From a virus (taxonomy: Duplodnaviria; Caudoviricetes), in IMG/VR virus record IMGVR_UViG_3300003937_000086, positions 1-58,475 of that record: 58,475 bases of DNA; one strand, 5' to 3'. The notes beneath the pieces are model-generated. The model saw only the letters and a program-made list of their open reading frames with translations, was not told the DNA's origin and did not search any database. This document shows, piece by piece, positions 58,101-58,475 of this stretch. A program made the position numbers and the translations under genes. The first letter of the stretch is position 1, and each line of letters begins with the position of its first letter.

Positions 58101-58475
58101 TAGTGCTACCAAAAAACTTTCCTTCTATGGGTCCGCCGTTTTCTGGGTCGAAGTCTGCGACGCCATTTGGTAGGGTGGCTGGCTTGAACGGGATACTGGC
58201 TAAGGCAGCAGCTCTCGCGTTGTTCGGCTCAATCGAACTCACGTCCCTCGCGTTACCGAGCTTAGACTCTAGCAGGCGACCGTCGGCGGTAGGCCCGACC
58301 ACGTCAGTAACCCTCCCGTCCTTGATTCGGATAGCGGGGTTGAGGTTTGCTCTATTGAAACTGCGGGGAACCTTAACGGTTTTAGCAGCCCTCAACATCT
58401 CAATAATAGAGATCGGGTCGTTATCGAATATGCCGTTACCACTATCATCAACAAAAAATTTAACGGGCTGTCTTT
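49132..58475 (-). CDS. C-terminal ~3100 aa of the 4300-aa polyvalent/ejection protein (two EExxH zincin-like domains, an ART-like domain and unknown domains)
   Basis: LLEEYVHA, IINEELTHNA, KLYHGT...IYFS...AETY...DPSQIKSADP; the frame is open to the window end. Confidence 0.88.
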   Translation of the reverse strand, partial: RQPVKFFVDDSGNGIFDNDPISIIEMLRAAKTVKVPRSFNRANLNPAIRIKDGRVTDVVGPTADGRLLESKLGNARDVSSIEPNNARAAALASIPFKPATLPNGVADFDPENGGPIEGKFFGSTTDIKNRINRFALELEKTGDETTRPIQARFETPSGELDLEFRAAALESAKQEFLFNAQLFSLREKVKEFGQGTNPTTPFDELVAQTGSKNVEQAAQKLLPFVKVESNINLTSETILGLFIEQKLQNNPDFANNATPTFDTLLRKATDRFKLQQDDANSLREQRAVSTLPFDVAPAEFRTAKVSGWIANFGRNPEGELASPQDISDAVSGAIDTAIGAVNTSPDLRREVNKIILDEVLNDPTPEMKGMVDNASAEDVFGLFTSWMSSGNGDTRPSVNKLVDAIEDEALSTSGTDFLNALLLVNFATRSDGASYENSDAVKVYQALFTDAVGTQISIDEAKNTMIALTKAVRTHLSRSNISAAERATITAENEADIERLGLESGNPDSVIKALKEVAKNSDNPSHKVVADLLLRDTDLIKGVKFVLGETTADIAGKYIKGNDGSHTVFINVTSGNGRGLVNTLLEEYVHAFISDTTSATEAQIAEKSSQVQTTLKQLSAVFDFAKESYESQKERSGPVPSLENALVDLNEFTAQFLLSEEVQKHVRDLKRDKVSIFDRFLINLAMLFPNVGRGAAKKVAKSLGDVIDVGRNTRKTTPTNAKALGGQIGNAVTLYSSPVAQTESRMERAEALREMQRETEQARLEAKRQKDVEDAERFLEGVPEADRPKVRELYNYIRGLVPVGIDIKLTTESGGSAAFVDPDSSAIFINLPVMLSQTGDVSDIAGRAIAGVIINEELTHNASFNALTDEEIQNYINSLSDSDYVDIAKEYLVGNEGGLATMLARLQSSDPQVVADAKYQLAEEKLRMHLQKVTRGFTTEDDTQFWKSKPSLLRILNRYFRGIINRWVANRKKIGAAADIALNKLIIEMRAIEVGFVRQPTKMAFNPENPMEAFRMFGTVNQDFVGLASAPVEDAEYMAAVESGDVETQQRMVDEAAKKAGYNPLMKLYHGTKKRFDKFKSDRDINKLIYFSKDREMAETYPRGYGGNRNPEADVQKRIDAAKQEGNEYAEDAFDKLSAEYGDDIPSNLSKEVFEKRAEIERGLLDGMTMIQAQMSMGIRVIEGYVSANKIFDPSNWREFSDEIMESIGVKSESEILPQTMRMIEGGSYIVWENDKVVDAVLSKYDAMTIQETSGEEANTIAFRDPSQIKSADPITRDANGNVIPLSQRFDESKSSILYSAPVAGAEYMAEVDFPPPPKLQSGWGSNAGAIPSDHSAVGKLVNGESVGGSAGLPKQILDDAKNPNKNVKVTLSHTNITLGRKSRESQADLEKYPLGVMPFSLEIGGAKYNAFNVRMENAGIPNLNKTVYRNFLSKGSASKYELTSDMKLIDVLDSINTAAKRTGVTSAINMTDLKLTNPQLKNKAPNSLIPEGTVVYAQGPKNVIGGPTGELVSANEDIDVSDMKEGWDALSYNPAMGNYMYRVSTDTAGKPVFDTQSKFVGADEMVMVSNLDSSSTNPFQNFAIWVKGARYEKVDPQVDPPAHETMKSLIDEKQSDPTPLKPTRNLYSAPVAGATTPAEIPPEIASASDPIVKHIYVKEDGKFYEKIKNGYIKIQQSLDQFEGMAVMLHQPDGAMAGTLEVEGDKVVDGKGGVYYPVMFGDQGYFWASTKDAAVNMAENLNKISKRNNGTILMALTSAPIEKMFSSTTMATGAVNLFATLAKNPKKYGITEAVVNRAIVNASKERLVVKKKDKDTGVETTTIKEFSRKLKLKDGLAKNIEEMKKNLHPEESVFPQRGSFIAQISSAIADSMKLPTVEVQKKFSPKEKAAFDKKKNQALNIADLLAGDKNLYNKGNIPQGKLAQASVMQGMADLFAEPLVKTFQQFQQMDKKASGRVYAVLSMKGEVEAVETDFHDSYPYSIRSTSGETPVVHVLSESNLWKDVVYSAKKPNPKKAADPYDGNTDPIKKSEEDSIFPPSVGVSQRELIFRKADEGVETVKLPLYSAPTAAAAAAAPSGQQTGSNIDFSAVVDLLEIPVYETETGKPQNFIMKFLNNVFAGELPEAFRRLIQNRDAYKRLTEANVVAYKQEMDKLIKETYGGYENAPMEMIALAQGHYTGNMVTDEVLDAIEKDYDDAHADAENKRKAGEITDEQADSLKGLAHNVRTEATDKAYEDARKSREADRDTALRDLAKDSPELAAHIIDIRQRLIIPLQKKLVASGLDKNIGAKISKTGGVYITRSYRMFTDSSYLQKVREDPDYQDVRDAAMEFFEDQYIKNKAKELFDGGMDESRAKVEARILLERENQSSPHGSYAQGSLNTFLMQYEEGGRDSTTTTPKGYKMIEDNLRRRKELPEAIRNLLGEIGSESGIDLILRTYSTVATIASQQAFLNQMVKYGKDTGVMVTVKEKLATAESRAKYANFEAARSGAPSKNDPLSGMQVDRKFKELLDVALMDSLSMGYADTAEKAVKGAVGLAANLSGKAMAAKTLGSIGFYLRNGIGNILFGTSQGFFRYDKMVSEMLKGTYDLRPFKDGEIDPELNELIGLNIKGDELRAGVLKDLLNGKVTPDGIRKQIEDLGEKTKLNKVTKGLAMIEKKAQDLSAALDAAYKIAYYNHELAILMEAKAADTSTVKDGKVGVNNLAAMSDTQIKRLAARKVVMTSQAYSQAPPAVAAFTKSGLGLLFAPFIRFKMEVPRIVINTFKLASEEIASGNPVLVQRGKLRRGSMIGTIGVLSSALPMVLAALSGIGDEEDEAMRASIPDYLRGHTFFYYRWNGELKSVDLTYVNPYSLLVDPFLRGYENIRRGEFTEAGAAIALGLVRDQYLDDQILSGAVSEARRNLNPSTGKPIWNKGADGPMEAGSKILGHIAKEAYAPRLGKDFFEGWATGSLKGMTLEIMDGAMPFRIHDVDLQKQYSRYLLDLNNRFNNVKSGLNAVKRNVPMSDGDVADIIDENIEDRRLLNYELMRINKGFASLGLTNTDLLKGMKDKKLGRDRVALLSKGYMDRPSFKYIIESLLDPRTDEYGRARAQQIYDHASKINRYIPVRPITESE

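Noticed and set aside
49132-58475. Giant protein as an N4-type or crAss-type virion RNA polymerase
   Set aside because: No T7-like motif set or DxDGD motif was seen in the translated part; sigma70-type promoters explain transcription

Overview
The window is an apparently complete, circularly assembled genome of a lytic tailed dsDNA phage: bases 58444-58475 repeat bases 1-32, giving about 58.4 kb of unique sequence. It is podovirus-like, with a giant ejection-type protein and no tape measure, sheath, integrase or RNA polymerase recognised. Three blocks are visible. (1) A rightward early block (about 42870-49060) begins with a long structured non-coding leader and carries a MoxR-type AAA ATPase, a DUF3150-like gene, a vWA gene and small ORFs. 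(2) A rightward replication block (8014-18452) carries an HTH protein, a RuvC-like resolvase, an SF2 helicase, an HNH protein, a DnaA-C-like protein, a Cas4-like nuclease, an SSB, a family A DNA polymerase and a primase-helicase. (3) Leftward late genes include portal, scaffold, major capsid, tail/lectin proteins, two glycosyltransferases, a trypsin-like protease, a holin/spanin/amidase lysis cassette, small basic proteins, the large terminase and a 4300-aa polyvalent protein that spans the assembly junction and is only partly shown in the ORF track. Spanins imply a diderm host. The scarcity of Shine-Dalgarno motifs and the use of leaderless sigma70 promoters would fit a PVC/Bacteroidota-type host (inference only). 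The most unusual signals are: a promoter-driven ~350-430 nt structured RNA next to a (TGGAC)15(TGGGC)10 array; a repeated two-hairpin element that buries start codons; a tandem covarying RNA motif in the capsid leader; LYSAP linker repeats that divide the giant protein into cassettes; glycosyltransferases coupled to Ser-rich virion proteins; and an in-frame TGA followed by a SECIS-like hairpin. All family assignments come from motif recognition by eye, not from database searches.
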